DNA of 64,000 nt from Octopus sinensis. Lineage: Eukaryota. How positions within the stretch are numbered: position 1 is the stretch's first letter; the number at the start of each line of letters is the position of its first letter. The translations under genes and the position numbers were made by a program. The stretch spans positions 78,802,001-78,866,000 of the forward strand of contig NC_043000.1 in the NCBI RefSeq assembly GCF_006345805.1, written 5' to 3'. Of the stretch, positions 1 through 11,079 are shown piece after piece. Under the pieces are notes generated by a model. The model saw only the letters and a program-made list of their open reading frames with translations. It was not told the origin of the DNA and did not search any database.

Positions 1-52
1 AACTCTTCTGTGGTTAACTGAAATAATTATCAGTTGATGTTTTCCTTTACAG

Positions 53-1890
53 ACGAATGTACACATAATGGAAGGAAGTATGGAGGAAGATTCAAGATCG
101 ACTGCAACACGTGTGTATGTGGTGAATATGGCAAAGCAGTCTGTACAAATTTGCGTTGTGATTACGGGCAGGATTCTACTTGTATCTATCAAGGTAGACG
201 TTACAGAGTAGGAGATACATTCCAGCAATCCTGTAATACATGTGAATGCAAACACGGTGGTCAGGTACAATGTAGCAACAAAGACTGCACTAAACGATGT
301 ACTTACAACGGAAAGTTATACCAAGAGGGTGAAGAATTCCAAGACAAATGTAATAGATGTAAATGTCTTTCTTCTGGCTATATTCAGTGTACTAATAACG
401 TGTGTCAGTGCCAGTATAATGGTAAAGACTACAACGTTGGAGTGAGTTTCAATGATGGTTGTAAGACTTGCACCTGTCAAACTACAGGAACAGTGCAGTG
501 TAACAGTGATAGATGTGGCTGTTATTACAAAAATTCACAATATCAAGAGGGTCAAACTTTCATTGACGCTTGCAACACTTGCCGTTGTATAAACGGACAA
601 GTAGATTGTACAACAAGAGTCTGTCAATGTACTTACCAAGGACGGACCTATAATATTGGCCAAAGATTTGGTGAATGTGATGAATGTCAATGTTTGTTTA
701 GTGGTACAGTCCAGTGTTCTAACAAGCGATGCAAATGCATTTATAACGGAAATACCTACCGAATTGGAGAAACATTTCCAAACGGCTGCAACTCATGCAC
801 ATGTAAAATCGATGGTAGTGTAGACTGCACTACAAATCCATGTACCTGTACATACAAACACAGGGTTTATAGCATGGGACAGACTTTCGCTGATGACTGC
901 AATAATTGTACATGTCAACATAACGGTCAAGTTGCGTGCACATATAGAATGTGCAAATGTAGTTATAACAACCAGATTTATAATATAGGTCAAACATTTA
1001 GAAAGGGCTGTAATACGTGCACATGCCAAGCCGATGGTACCGTAGACTGCACTACAAATCCATGTACCTGTACTTACAATCATAAAGTTTACAATATCGG
1101 ACAGGCATTCACTGATGACTGTAACACTTGTACATGTCAGCATAACGGACAAGTAAAGTGCACATATAAAACGTGTCGATGTACACGGAAAGGACGGTCT
1201 TATAAAATTGGTCAGACATTTCGCGAAGATTGTAACCAATGCCAATGTTTATCAACTGGATATGTTCAATGTACAACCAACGTTTGCAAATGTACTTACA
1301 ACAACCAGCTTTATAATGTAGGTCAAACATTTAGACAAGGTTGTAATACATGTACGTGTGAAGTGAACGGTAGAGTAAGCTGTACTAATAACCCTTGTAA
1401 TTGCTATTACAATGGAAACACCTACGGAATAGGGGATTCATTTGGAAAGGATTGTAATACGTGCACATGCAAAGCCGATGGTACTGTAGACTGTACTACA
1501 AATCTATGTACCTGCAATTACAACGGCAAGCATTACGACATTGGTTCTATATGGTATAATGATTGCAACAAATGTCAGTGCACTTCTGAGGGAAGGGTTG
1601 TTTGTGAACAGAAAACATGCACGAAACCCTGTATACACAAAGGAAAAACCTATTCTGCTGGCGAAACATTTAAAGATGACTGCAACACCTGTACATGCGG
1701 ACAGTTTGGTCAAGTATCCTGTACTAAAATGTACTGTCCCCCAACTACATGCCAATATTATGGGAAAACTATCCCAGATGGAAAAACATTTATGACTCAA
1801 GATAGATGCAATGTTTGTCGATGTTCAAATGGAAATGTCAAGTGTACCAAATACGATTGTTATAAAGAGGTGAGTAAAGTTTTCTATTAG
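53..1890 (+). CDS. Terminal exon of cysteine-rich multidomain protein, copy 1 (16 tandem 6-Cys pacifastin/VWC-like repeats)
   Basis: Open frame of repeats C-x-Y-x-G-x2-Y-x2-G-x2-F-x3-C-N-x-C-x-C-x3-G-x-V-x-C-T-x3-C (96 Cys). Preceded by polypyrimidine acceptor ttttcctttacag (AG 51-52), phase 1. Stop TAG at 1888-1890. The ORF-track start at 34 is intronic. Confidence 0.9.
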
Positions 1891-2482
1891 TTTTGATCTC
1901 CCTAATATAACGTGTCTCATCCTTATATAGTGAGTCATTGTAAACAGAGACAACAACAAAGAATTGAATAATGTTTAGCATAAACATTGCAATGCTCTCA
2001 CTGTACTACACTCTACTACATTGTCGTACAAACAAAATTGTATCAGCGATTCGATTTCTGTCTTTATTTGAAGTAGTTCAATTTCATTGACCCCTACCAT
2101 TATCTTGAAGAAAGCCAATGTTCTCTTCATTGTAAACACGAGATTTTGTATATCTGCATATATTTCATTATCTATATGAAAATTATTAACTTTCAATGTT
2201 TCAACTAACTTTATTGCTACTCTTGTGAAATCAACAGACTAGCTTTCACATTGCATCATCATTGTAAGTAGCATTGCGGTATAGAGTTGTTAATTTTACT
2301 ATATATTATCTCACGTTTCAGAATATAGTTCTTGCGTTAAGCTTTTCTGCGCCTGGTGAAATATTCATACTTTGATGTAAAAGAATGTGATATATACATC
2401 TAATCTAATATACACATTTTGAAATATAAATCCAACTTGATACTTAGTCTATGTTATTGTTTTTAATTTGTATGTCCAATCT

Positions 2483-2488
2483 AATAAA
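2483..2488 (+). terminator. Candidate polyadenylation signal of copy 1
   Basis: AATAAA ~600 nt after the stop, followed by a T-rich stretch; conserved as tttatt at 41746-41751 in copy 2. An alternative AATAAA lies at 2599-2604. Confidence 0.45.
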
Positions 2489-2804
2489 TATATTGATTCT
2501 TGTAATTTATTCTTTTCAGAGGCGACGTTACTGATGAAGAACAGTTAATTTATATGATATTTTTAAGAATTGTAAATATTACAAACATAACGTTTTTAAA
2601 TAAAACATATATCTGCCGAAGCTTTTTGTTTGATTTATAACTGTAAACTTCGTCAAGACCATTTTAGATAATCAACTTATCTATTTGAAGATCTGTGATG
2701 AAAAGCATTTCAGTACTTCAATATTTGAATGATTTGTTGTTAACTACTTTTGTTTTATTGACACGGAAATGACGAATAACAGAGTTGGTCAAATTACTTC
2801 AGAA

Positions 2805-3051
2805 TTACTCTTTTACTCTTTTACTTGTTTCAGTCATTTGACTGTAGCCATGCTGGAGCACCGCCTTTAAGCCGAGCAGATCCACCCCAGGACTTATTCT
2901 TTGTAAGCCTAGTACTTATTCTATCGGTCTCTTTTGCTGAACTGCTAAGTTACGGGGCCGTAAACACACCAGTATCGGTTGTCAAGCGATGTTGGGTGGA
3001 CAAACACAGACACACAAACATACACACACACACACACACAGACAGACAGAG

Positions 3052-3083
<32 letters not shown>

Positions 3084-3228
3084 GACGGGCTTATTTCAGT
3101 TTCCGTCTACCAAATCCACTCACATGGCTTTGATCTGTCCGAGGCTATAGTAGAAGACACTAGGTGCTACGCAGTGGGACTGAACCCGTAACCATGTGGT
3201 TGGTAAACCAGCTGCTTACCACACAACT
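2805..3228 (-). mobile_element. tRNA-derived SINE (family with AAAAGAGT tail)
   Basis: Minus strand has A-box-like gtggtaagcagctgg, B-box-like ggttcagtccc, an internal (TA)/(TG) tract and an (aaaagagt)n tail. Homologous to 40989-41426 and 49795-50225. Confidence 0.85.
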
Positions 3229-3248
3229 ATAAATATATAGATAGTTAT

Positions 3249-3530
3249 ATATTAAATGAAGGATGTATATTCAACTATAAATTTATAGATATTTATATAA
3301 TAACAGACTATGAATATTCAAGTATAAATATATATATTAAATGAAGGATGTATATTCAAGTATAAATTTATAGATTTTTATATATTAACAGACGATGAAT
3401 ATTCAAGTATAAATATATAGATATTTATATATTAAATGAAGGATGTGCATTCAAGTATAAATTTATAGATATTCATATATTTACAGACGATGAATATTCA
3501 AGTATAAATATATAGATATTAACAGACGAC
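3249..3530 (+). repeat. AT-rich minisatellite, ~85-95 bp unit x3
   Basis: atattaaatgaaggatgt recurs at 3249, 3334 and 3429; fewer units in arm 2 (39560-39710). Confidence 0.8.
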
Positions 3531-3954
3531 GATTATTCCAAGTACAAATATATTAATGTTTATATATTAACAGAGCAAATTTACGCAGAACAATTCTACC
3601 TTGATATTTCCTAGCATCATGGTCTGAAATGACAGATTTTTATCTCTCTATGTTAAAGACCCAGGTCGGATCTATCCAATGTTTATTTGTTTCCATTATT
3701 GTTTTATATTCTGGTGAACTACATCAGCTAACATTATGAAATAATCCTATTCCGAATCTTTCTCCCTCCAAGTTAAATCTCTACCTAAAATTTGCTTTAA
3801 AATCCTAAAATCTAACTTCCCATCAAACCTTAAATATTACCTTATCTTCAATAAAACATTTATTATAATCTCGTATTCGACCACGCCTAATTCAGGATCC
3901 ATATTTTTTATCCACAAAATTGTATGTATGTATATGTGTGTGTATACACACATA

Positions 3955-3996
<42 letters not shown>

Positions 3997-4077
3997 TATA
4001 CGTATGTTTATGATTTATGTTTTCCAGTTTCAGCTCTTGAGCTGTGGCCATGCTGGGGCACCGCCATTAATATATAT

Positions 4078-4125
<48 letters not shown>

Positions 4126-4802
4126 TATATACATACATACATACATATATATACATACATGATTATATAAATACATACATACCTACCTATATACATTATA
4201 TATGTATCTATGTACCTATCCGTTTGGAGGGATGAATGGTTTTTCGAATTTTTATCTTGTACCAGCATCAAGCAACGAGAAGAGAGGTAACTCTGATTTA
4301 ACAAAGAATTACCTCCGAGCTAAGAGATGAGGTTTCTGTCATAGGAAACCAAACAAAACTTTGTGAATCATGACACTTTTAGGCAGCCCAGATAAGATAA
4401 AATGTGGATTAGAAGCACCAATCACTGATTGAGAATATGCAATACTTACTAGTTCAAATGAGATATGCCTGAGAGATATTTAAATGCGTTAGTGTACATC
4501 CTCATTGTTGAGAAAATAGTTAACACCATTTTCCTTAGTCTTTTTGGAGTTCCTCTCTTCGCGATGTTCGATGCTGAGGAGAGAAGTTACTACGAAATGC
4601 ATGTATACATAAATCCAGAAGAGGTTGCTTCGAACTCATACTGGTATTTTCAAACTTCTTAGTCTACATCGATAATATTTGTTTATGGAGAAACGGCGGC
4701 AGATAACTTTGTTACGGATTTCAATATTTATCAAAATATTTGTATGAAAACAAGTTTTTATACGTACATGCTGCATACATAATACATACATACATATATA
4801 CA

Positions 4803-4873
<71 letters not shown>

Positions 4874-4894
4874 TATATATATATATATATATAA

Positions 4895-4980
<86 letters not shown>

Positions 4981-5032
4981 ATATATATATATATAAATAT
5001 ACGCGAGAAAGAAGCAACAAGAATGGATAGGT

Positions 5033-5123
5033 TTTTAGTACAATCGTTTCATACAAGGACAGGCTTTATTAAAAGTTGTAAAAATTACAGCATATAAACG
5101 TGTCCCGTACTCATCAGCTAAAA
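5033..5123 (-). ncRNA. Type I hammerhead ribozyme (mirror copy)
   Basis: Reverse complement of 5625-5715; core CTGATGA on minus at 5117-5111, GTA triplet at 5041-5039. Confidence 0.75.
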
Positions 5124-5624
5124 TACATGTGAGTTCTCTAGACATCCTAGTGGTTGAGGCTATACTCATGAAGTAATGTAGATAATTAAGTAACATAAAC
5201 AGATTTCCAAAGTTCATTAAAGTTCTTTAAAGATGATGTACAGTCTTATCACAGAATTTTAAAAAGGTTCTAATAGCATCACAGAGAAGGTGACCTAATC
5301 CATAGAGCACATATGAACTTCCAGAGATATGATGAGGGATTACATACTCACAGAAGACAATTTATCCATTGTTAACAATGGATAAATTTGTCTTCTGTGA
5401 GTATGTAATCCCTCATCATATCTCTGGAAGTTCATATGTGCTCTATGGATTAGGTCACCTTCTCTGTGATGCTATTAGAACCTTTTTAAAATTCTGTGAT
5501 AAGACTGTACATCATCTTTAAAGAACTTTAATGAACTTTGGAAATCTGTTTATGTTACTTAATTATCTACATTACTTCATGAGTATAGCCTCAACCACTA
5601 GGATGTCTAGAGAACTCACATGTA

Positions 5625-5715
5625 TTTTAGCTGATGAGTACGGGACACGTTTATATGCTGTAATTTTTACAACTTTTAATAAAGCCTGTCCTTGTATGAA
5701 ACGATTGTACTAAAA
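5625..5715 (+). ncRNA. Type I hammerhead ribozyme, Penelope pLTR-type
   Basis: Stem I ttttag(5625-30)/ctaaaa(5710-15); core CTGATGA 5631-37; stem II gtacgggaca(5638-47)/tgtccttgtat(5687-97); GAAA 5698-5701; stem III AC-gatt-GT; cleavage triplet GUA, cut after 5709. Confidence 0.75.
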
Positions 5716-5872
5716 ACCCATCCATTCTTGTTGCTTCTTTCTCGCTTATAATCACCCCACATTACTGAATTGTTAAAACAGTATAGTTTGTTTTTGGTGC
5801 ATCTAAGTTAGGTACCATATTCAAGTAAATTCATTTAAATTAACTTGAATCTTTATTGCTTTTTATATATAA

Positions 5873-5903
<31 letters not shown>

Positions 5904-6099
5904 ATATATATAGTATATATATATATATATATAACACATAGATACACAGATACATATATATATACATTTATGTATATATATATGTGTGTATGTGTGTGTG
6001 TTGTGTGTATATAAATATAAACAAAGGGTAACAATTTCTAAAAAGAAAAGTTTTACAATTGGTCAGAATGCTTATTAAAAGTCAGAGGACATATATATT

Positions 6100-7500
6100 T
6101 CTATATAATAGAGTATAGAAAGTTATACACGGAGAGAATACCACCATGTCGACTTCTAATATGCTGAAAAGTGCAGTCAAATGCGAAACCACGAAAAGAA
6201 AGATTCTTAATTAAGGAACGTTGCCTGTAGTCGAGCAGGATATGTAAATGAATGAAAATCTCAGTTACCCCTATACCTATGTGTTTCTGAATTAATGATC
6301 AAACAAAACAATTAATTAGTCAATCAATTCATTTATTAACCATCCGTGGTTCATCAGTAGAGTCGCTGGGAAATGTATAATTATAAAACTATAATTATGA
6401 AACACTTCACTTAGGCGTTCTAGATTATCTGCTAATGTTGATATCTGCAACGATAAAGCCATATTTCATAGCTCTTCGTTACTTAAAGCAGGCTATAAAG
6501 AAAAATGTTTCCGATATTAACGCTACTGACATAAATACTGTCGCTACTCATCAATACTGTCGCTACTCATCAGGACACGAAAACACGTCATAACGGTAAT
6601 AACAATATAAATTTTAGTTCGAAAAACAACACTAAATCGAAAAATGAAAGCTTGCAGTGTAAGGGAGATAACTGTTCTTTATATCCCACTACACGTAATA
6701 AAAATAAGTCTAGGAATTCTGAAGATAATTGCCCAAATAACAGTGTCTATCCTAGTAAAACTGTTTGGTTGATAATTCCATATGGTAATCAGATCAAATC
6801 CAACCGCTCTTACCGGTTTCGTGAACCTATAGATAACAATTTTCCAAAATATCCAAGCTACCATTCCATTATTAATTCAAACAGAATCAGGATAGGGTTT
6901 TTAAACACAAAAAACCTTTCACAAATCATCTCTTCGCATAACAAAAGTTGTTAAACTCAATCCTCTTAACGAAAGTAATAACATTGATATTATTAACGAT
7001 AATACTTTGAACAATACTTTGAACAATAGTAACAGTAATATTAATATTTCTGATAGAAATTCGAATCGTATTTGTCTCTTTAGCAGTAATTCTAAGACTA
7101 GAATCTCTGTTTATGAATGAAAAATTACTTCCAGTTCTGAAGTCTTATTTTTACATAGGTAGTCAATCGTCTCAGTTATCGAAAAGAATAAATAACCATT
7201 AATCTACATTTAGACATATCAATAAACGCAACAATACTGAGTATAGGACTTTAATTTGGTCTCTAAAGAATATATTGAACAATTCGATCTGGAATGAAAT
7301 ATTCTATCTAGGTCCTCCCATATGACAAAGTAAATCTTTCTGCCTGTTCTGTAACGAACAATAGTTTCTAGTCCTTTTTTCGGAGAATACACTTGTAAAC
7401 CGGTTTATCGTTGTAAACTTTGGCAAAACATACCTTTAGTTCCTATAAGTAAATTCTAACGACCTATAAAATTCGAACTGTAACTGTCATCTGACATTTC
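6100..7500 (+). pseudogene. Degenerate Penelope-like element remnant
   Basis: ORF 6652..6954 contains IIPYG...GFLNTKNLSQIISSHNK, resembling the PLE RT-EN linker; decayed hammerhead-like ctgaaaa..gtgca..tgc-gaaac at 6164-6190. Confidence 0.4.
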
Positions 7501-7542
7501 ATTTTCGCTACATATAACTATTTACAGCTATATATAACTATG

Positions 7543-7782
7543 TGGATGCGCGTGGCTAAGTGGTTAGGGTGTCAGCATCATGACTGTGGTTTCGATTCCT
7601 GGACCGGGAGACGCGTTGTGTTCTTGAGCAAAACACTTCATTTCAGGTTGCTCCAGTCCACTCAGCTGGCAAAAATGAGTAACACTGAGATGGACTGGCG
7701 TCCTGTCCAGCTGAATCACACATACGCCATAGAAACCGGGAAACCGGGCCCAAGAGCTTGGCTAGGCTTTAAATGGGCACGT
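7543..7782 (+). mobile_element. tRNA-derived SINE (second family)
   Basis: gcgtggctaagtggttaggg (A box) ... ggtttcgattcc (B box); homologous copy at 45973-46227. Confidence 0.85.
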
Positions 7783-8044
7783 TTACTTATTATTTTAAGT
7801 AAGGCAAAGCTACAAAATATGGCTTTATCGTTGAAGATATCAACATTAGCAATCTAGAAAGTGTAAGTGAAATATTTCTTGTTATAGCCCTTCAATGGTA
7901 ACTGAAGGAGCTAACGTATTTTATCTTTGTTGAGAGTGTATGATATGGGGAAGAAGAAAAATTACATAAGTTAAAGATGATATCTAAAATGTTGGCTTTA
8001 GTGATGTTATCATCGAAAATAATAATGAAGCCCATATTTCGAAA

Positions 8045-8282
8045 TATTTAACCAACCTGTTTTTAATCCTTTGTAATGTCTGTTCAGAAACATTATGAAA
8101 GGGGCTATGTGTCCGCCATTATCACCGATAAAAGCCAATACATACTTTGAGAATTTGGCTTTAGGATCGACACTACTAAAACCAACACTATAGCTGCGAT
8201 ATGTTGATGACACCTCTATACTCTGGCCCCACCAGGAAGATGTCCAAGTGCTGTAAGATCATGTGAACTCTTCAGGTTATCA
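8045..8282 (+). pseudogene. Penelope-type RT fragment
   Basis: Mirror copy 34115..34330- translates LALGSTLLKPTLWLRYVDDTSILWP (YVDD motif). Confidence 0.7.
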
Positions 8283-8499
8283 ATAAAGAAGTTACCTAAG
8301 GAATAAGAACCCAGTTCCGAAATTTCGCCAAGATACCTAATGAAGGCTGGAGGGTATATACCCGAAAAGTTGTGCAAACAACAAACAAGATGATGGCAAA
8401 TATCTATCAAATGTAAATAATGTAAAGAATGTACATAATTCCTCATCTCTTATATATAGAACAGAAGAAAAGATAGCTGATTTTCTGTAGCCCTTCAGG

Positions 8500-9340
8500 T
8501 ATGTGAAGTTGCTTACTGCTTGCAAACGAGCCAGTCACTATATGTCTCACCAACAAAAAGTGAAGAAGATAAAAGTGATGTTTGGGGAGAGCAAAAACAG
8601 AATTTGCAAACTCTAGCAGGAGTTAAACGCTGTAAATGAGGAACTCCCACATCAGATGTGTATTATCGGAAGAGAAACAATAAACCAAACATTTAACCGG
8701 AACCATGTAGCAGAGTACAAAAGCATCAGAGAAGAAGCAGTAAACAAATAGAAGCTTCTTCACCAGAAGTCAGAAACTCCATCCGGAGAAAAATCTGGAG
8801 TTCAACAGAAACGCTCTGTGACTGGAAGAAATTCGAAGAAGTTATTTTCCCTGCACTACACCCAAGACATACAGCATTGATAGTGATACTATTGTGACTG
8901 TAAGCCAGAAACTTCAGGATGCAAGAGCACCTGGAAGAGACTTGACTTTCGGATACTGGTACAAGAAAATAGCCCTCTATCAACCATATCTTATAAACCT
9001 ATTCCAGCAAGCTCTCCATGAGAATAGCAGCATACCACACTGGTTACAAAACAGAACCACCCATATATGAAAAAGTACCGACCAGTATCATGCCACAACT
9101 TAATGTATAATATATATGCAACATGTTTAAACCCGTTTCTCCAAGACCATTTTGAATGTTATAACATCGTCACAGCAGAAAAAGCAGCTGGAAAGAAGGG
9201 GGTCTTGCGATATGATGAACAACTATTGATAAACAAAACTGTAATGTTAGAGGTGCGGGGGTAGAAGTGGAACCTAGATTCGATGTCACTGTACTACAAG
9301 AAAGATATTGAGTTTCTGCACACATACACAGAACCCACAA
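8500..9340 (+). pseudogene. R4/Dong-like (RLE) non-LTR retrotransposon RT N-terminal fragment
   Basis: ARAPGRDLTFGYWYKK, KYRPVSC..MY, KKGV..EQLLINK and a decayed DYKKAFD-like motif. Confidence 0.6.
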
Positions 9341-9745
9341 AACCGGATATAGTACTCTCCGAACATCCCATTTTTAATGTTCAGTTTTGATATCTGTTGT
9401 TTATTTATTTATTAAATTTTCTAAAATTATAATTCGAATAATGACATCAAGCTAAATATCTCTTTTAGCTAGAGCTAATCAACCTATGTTTGGATTTTAT
9501 TATCTCAAAAATTTCTTCCCTACATAATTGACATTTCTTATCTGAAATTTGCTAAGCTCTGGCATGGCTTACAACTTCACATTTAATCTTATAATTTTCC
9601 CATTATCATTTAACATAGATATAAATTTGTTCAAACTAGTATTGTTGATTTTATGCTTATTTCTAAAACAACTCTCATGTTTCGCATATATATATATATA
9701 AATTAAGAAATGGAGTCAAACGCAGGTGTTATTCAAATCTTTGTA

Positions 9746-9834
9746 CTTCCAACATATATTTCGACGAAAGCATTGATATTATTCCGGAGGGAATAAAAAT
9801 GATGTAAAACAATGCAATCATCTCGTCAGGAAAA
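9746..9834 (-). ncRNA. Type I hammerhead ribozyme-like motif
   Basis: Minus strand: core CTGACGA (9829-9823); stem II gatga/tcgtc extended by gcattg/caatgc; GAAA (9762-9759); stem III ATATATGT; GUU triplet; stem I ttttc/ggaag. Confidence 0.6.
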
Positions 9835-10255
9835 AAAAGAGAAACAAAACACATCAACAAGCCATTTTAACCGAATGTGATTACCGTGTAATATCCTTGG
9901 CACTTATGTGAAATTTTGCTACACTGGTAACTATTTATTTTTTTCCGTGTTATTTGTACACATTGAGAAAAAATACATACATTTATATACACTCCAGGTT
10001 TCCATATAATCTGCAAATAAAATAGTTGCCACATATGAAATTATTTGATATAAACATATCTCTTAAGAATATACCCATTCCCTTAAGAAAGGTTTTCCTT
10101 AAACAACTCATTACCAAGACAAACTCATTTATATGGCTTGCTAGAATTTTACAGTTCACTTACAGATTATATTTGTAATGTGCGAAATAGCCAAATACGT
10201 GACTAGACGCTTCTAGAGTTTGTGTGTATGTATGTATGTGTATGTATCTATGTCA

Positions 10256-10641
10256 GTAGGCGCAATGGCCCAGTGGTTAGGGCAGCGGACTCGCGGTCGT
10301 AAGATCGCGGTTTCGATACCCAGACCGGGCGTTGTGAGTGTTTATTGAGCGAAAACACCTAAAGCTCCACGAGGCTCCGGCAGGGATGGTGGTGATCCCT
10401 GCTGTACTCTTTCACCACAACCTTCTCTCACTCTTCTCTTACTTCCTGTTTCTGTTGTACCGGTATTTCAAAGGACCGGCCTCATCATTCTCTGTGTCAC
10501 GCTGAATATCCCCGAGAACTACGTTAAGGGTACACGTGTCTGTGGAGTGCTCAGCCACTTACACGTTAATTTCACGAGCAGGCTGTTCCGTTGATCGGAT
10601 CAACCGGAACCCTCGTCTTCGTAACCGACGGAGTGCTTCCA
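10256..10641 (+). mobile_element. tRNA-derived SINE (third family)
   Basis: ggcgcaatggcccagtggttaggg ... ggtttcgataccc; homologous copy at 47198-47546. Confidence 0.85.
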
Positions 10642-10840
10642 TACCCTTGCATTTCAAGATTGTCATTTAGGCATTTATTCCCAAAACCAACGGAGTCAAT
10701 TTATTACTTCGATAAATCTGAATTTATAGTCTGGATATAAAAGCTGAGGGTTTCGAAATAGTTGTCTTTCTCTTTAACTTTCAAAAACATGTTCACATCT
10801 ACAGGGCAGCTGACTTCTATGAGTATATGTAATTTTTCTT

Positions 10841-11063
10841 ATTTCTTTACTGCCCACAAGAGGCTAAACACAGAGAGGACAAACAAGGACAGACAAACGG
10901 ATTATGTCGATTATATCGACCCCAGTCTGTAATTTATTTAAACGACCCCGAAAGTATAAAAGCAAAGTCGATCTCGGCGGAATTTGAACTCAGAACGTAA
11001 CGGCAGACGATATACCTGTAAGCATTTCGCCCGGCGTTGGTAACGTTTCTACCAGCTCGACGC
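10841..11063 (-). mobile_element. tRNA-derived SINE (fourth family) with Tx1-like 3' tail
   Basis: Minus strand: A-box-like tggtagaaacgttacc, B box gttcaaattcc, tail ttgtttgtcctctctgtgtttagcctcttgtgggcagtaaagaaat. Confidence 0.8.
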
Positions 11064-11079
11064 CCTTGTAGTTCTAAAT

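Larger units (their letters stand above)
5002..5745. repeat. Spacerless ~744-bp palindrome
   Basis: Centre GTT|AAC at 5373/5374; only one substitution and one 1-nt indel seen between arms; identical 60-aa ORFs 5035..5217- and 5531..5713+. Confidence 0.97.

Noticed and set aside
34-52. ORF-track start (MMFSFT) of the Cys-rich genes
   Set aside because: It lies in the polypyrimidine tract/acceptor of an intron; the real N-terminus comes from a separate signal-peptide exon.
53-1614. Excess of N>D / K>R differences between paralogues as a genomic echo of A-to-I editing
   Set aside because: A/G transitions are the commonest substitutions, numbers are small, and several acidic shifts (Q>E) are not A>G.
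2531-2537. CTGATGA in the 3' flank (also 17058-17064 and ~49313)
   Set aside because: No correctly placed stem II + GAAA + stem III, so not a hammerhead.
3249-3530. Regularly spaced repeats as CRISPR-like array (also 37381-37725)
   Set aside because: There are no unique spacers, the context is eukaryotic and there are no cas genes; these are ordinary minisatellites.
4465-4662. 65-aa ORF conserved at 38583-38780
   Set aside because: Conservation is explained by the inverted duplication; no recognisable domain, splice context or codon-biased substitution pattern.
5035-5713. Two identical 60-aa ORFs
   Set aside because: By-product of the palindrome; they overlap the hammerhead motif.
10256-10340. 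tRNA-like sequences at SINE heads
   Set aside because: A/B boxes are present but there is no closed cloverleaf, and they continue into multi-copy SINE bodies.
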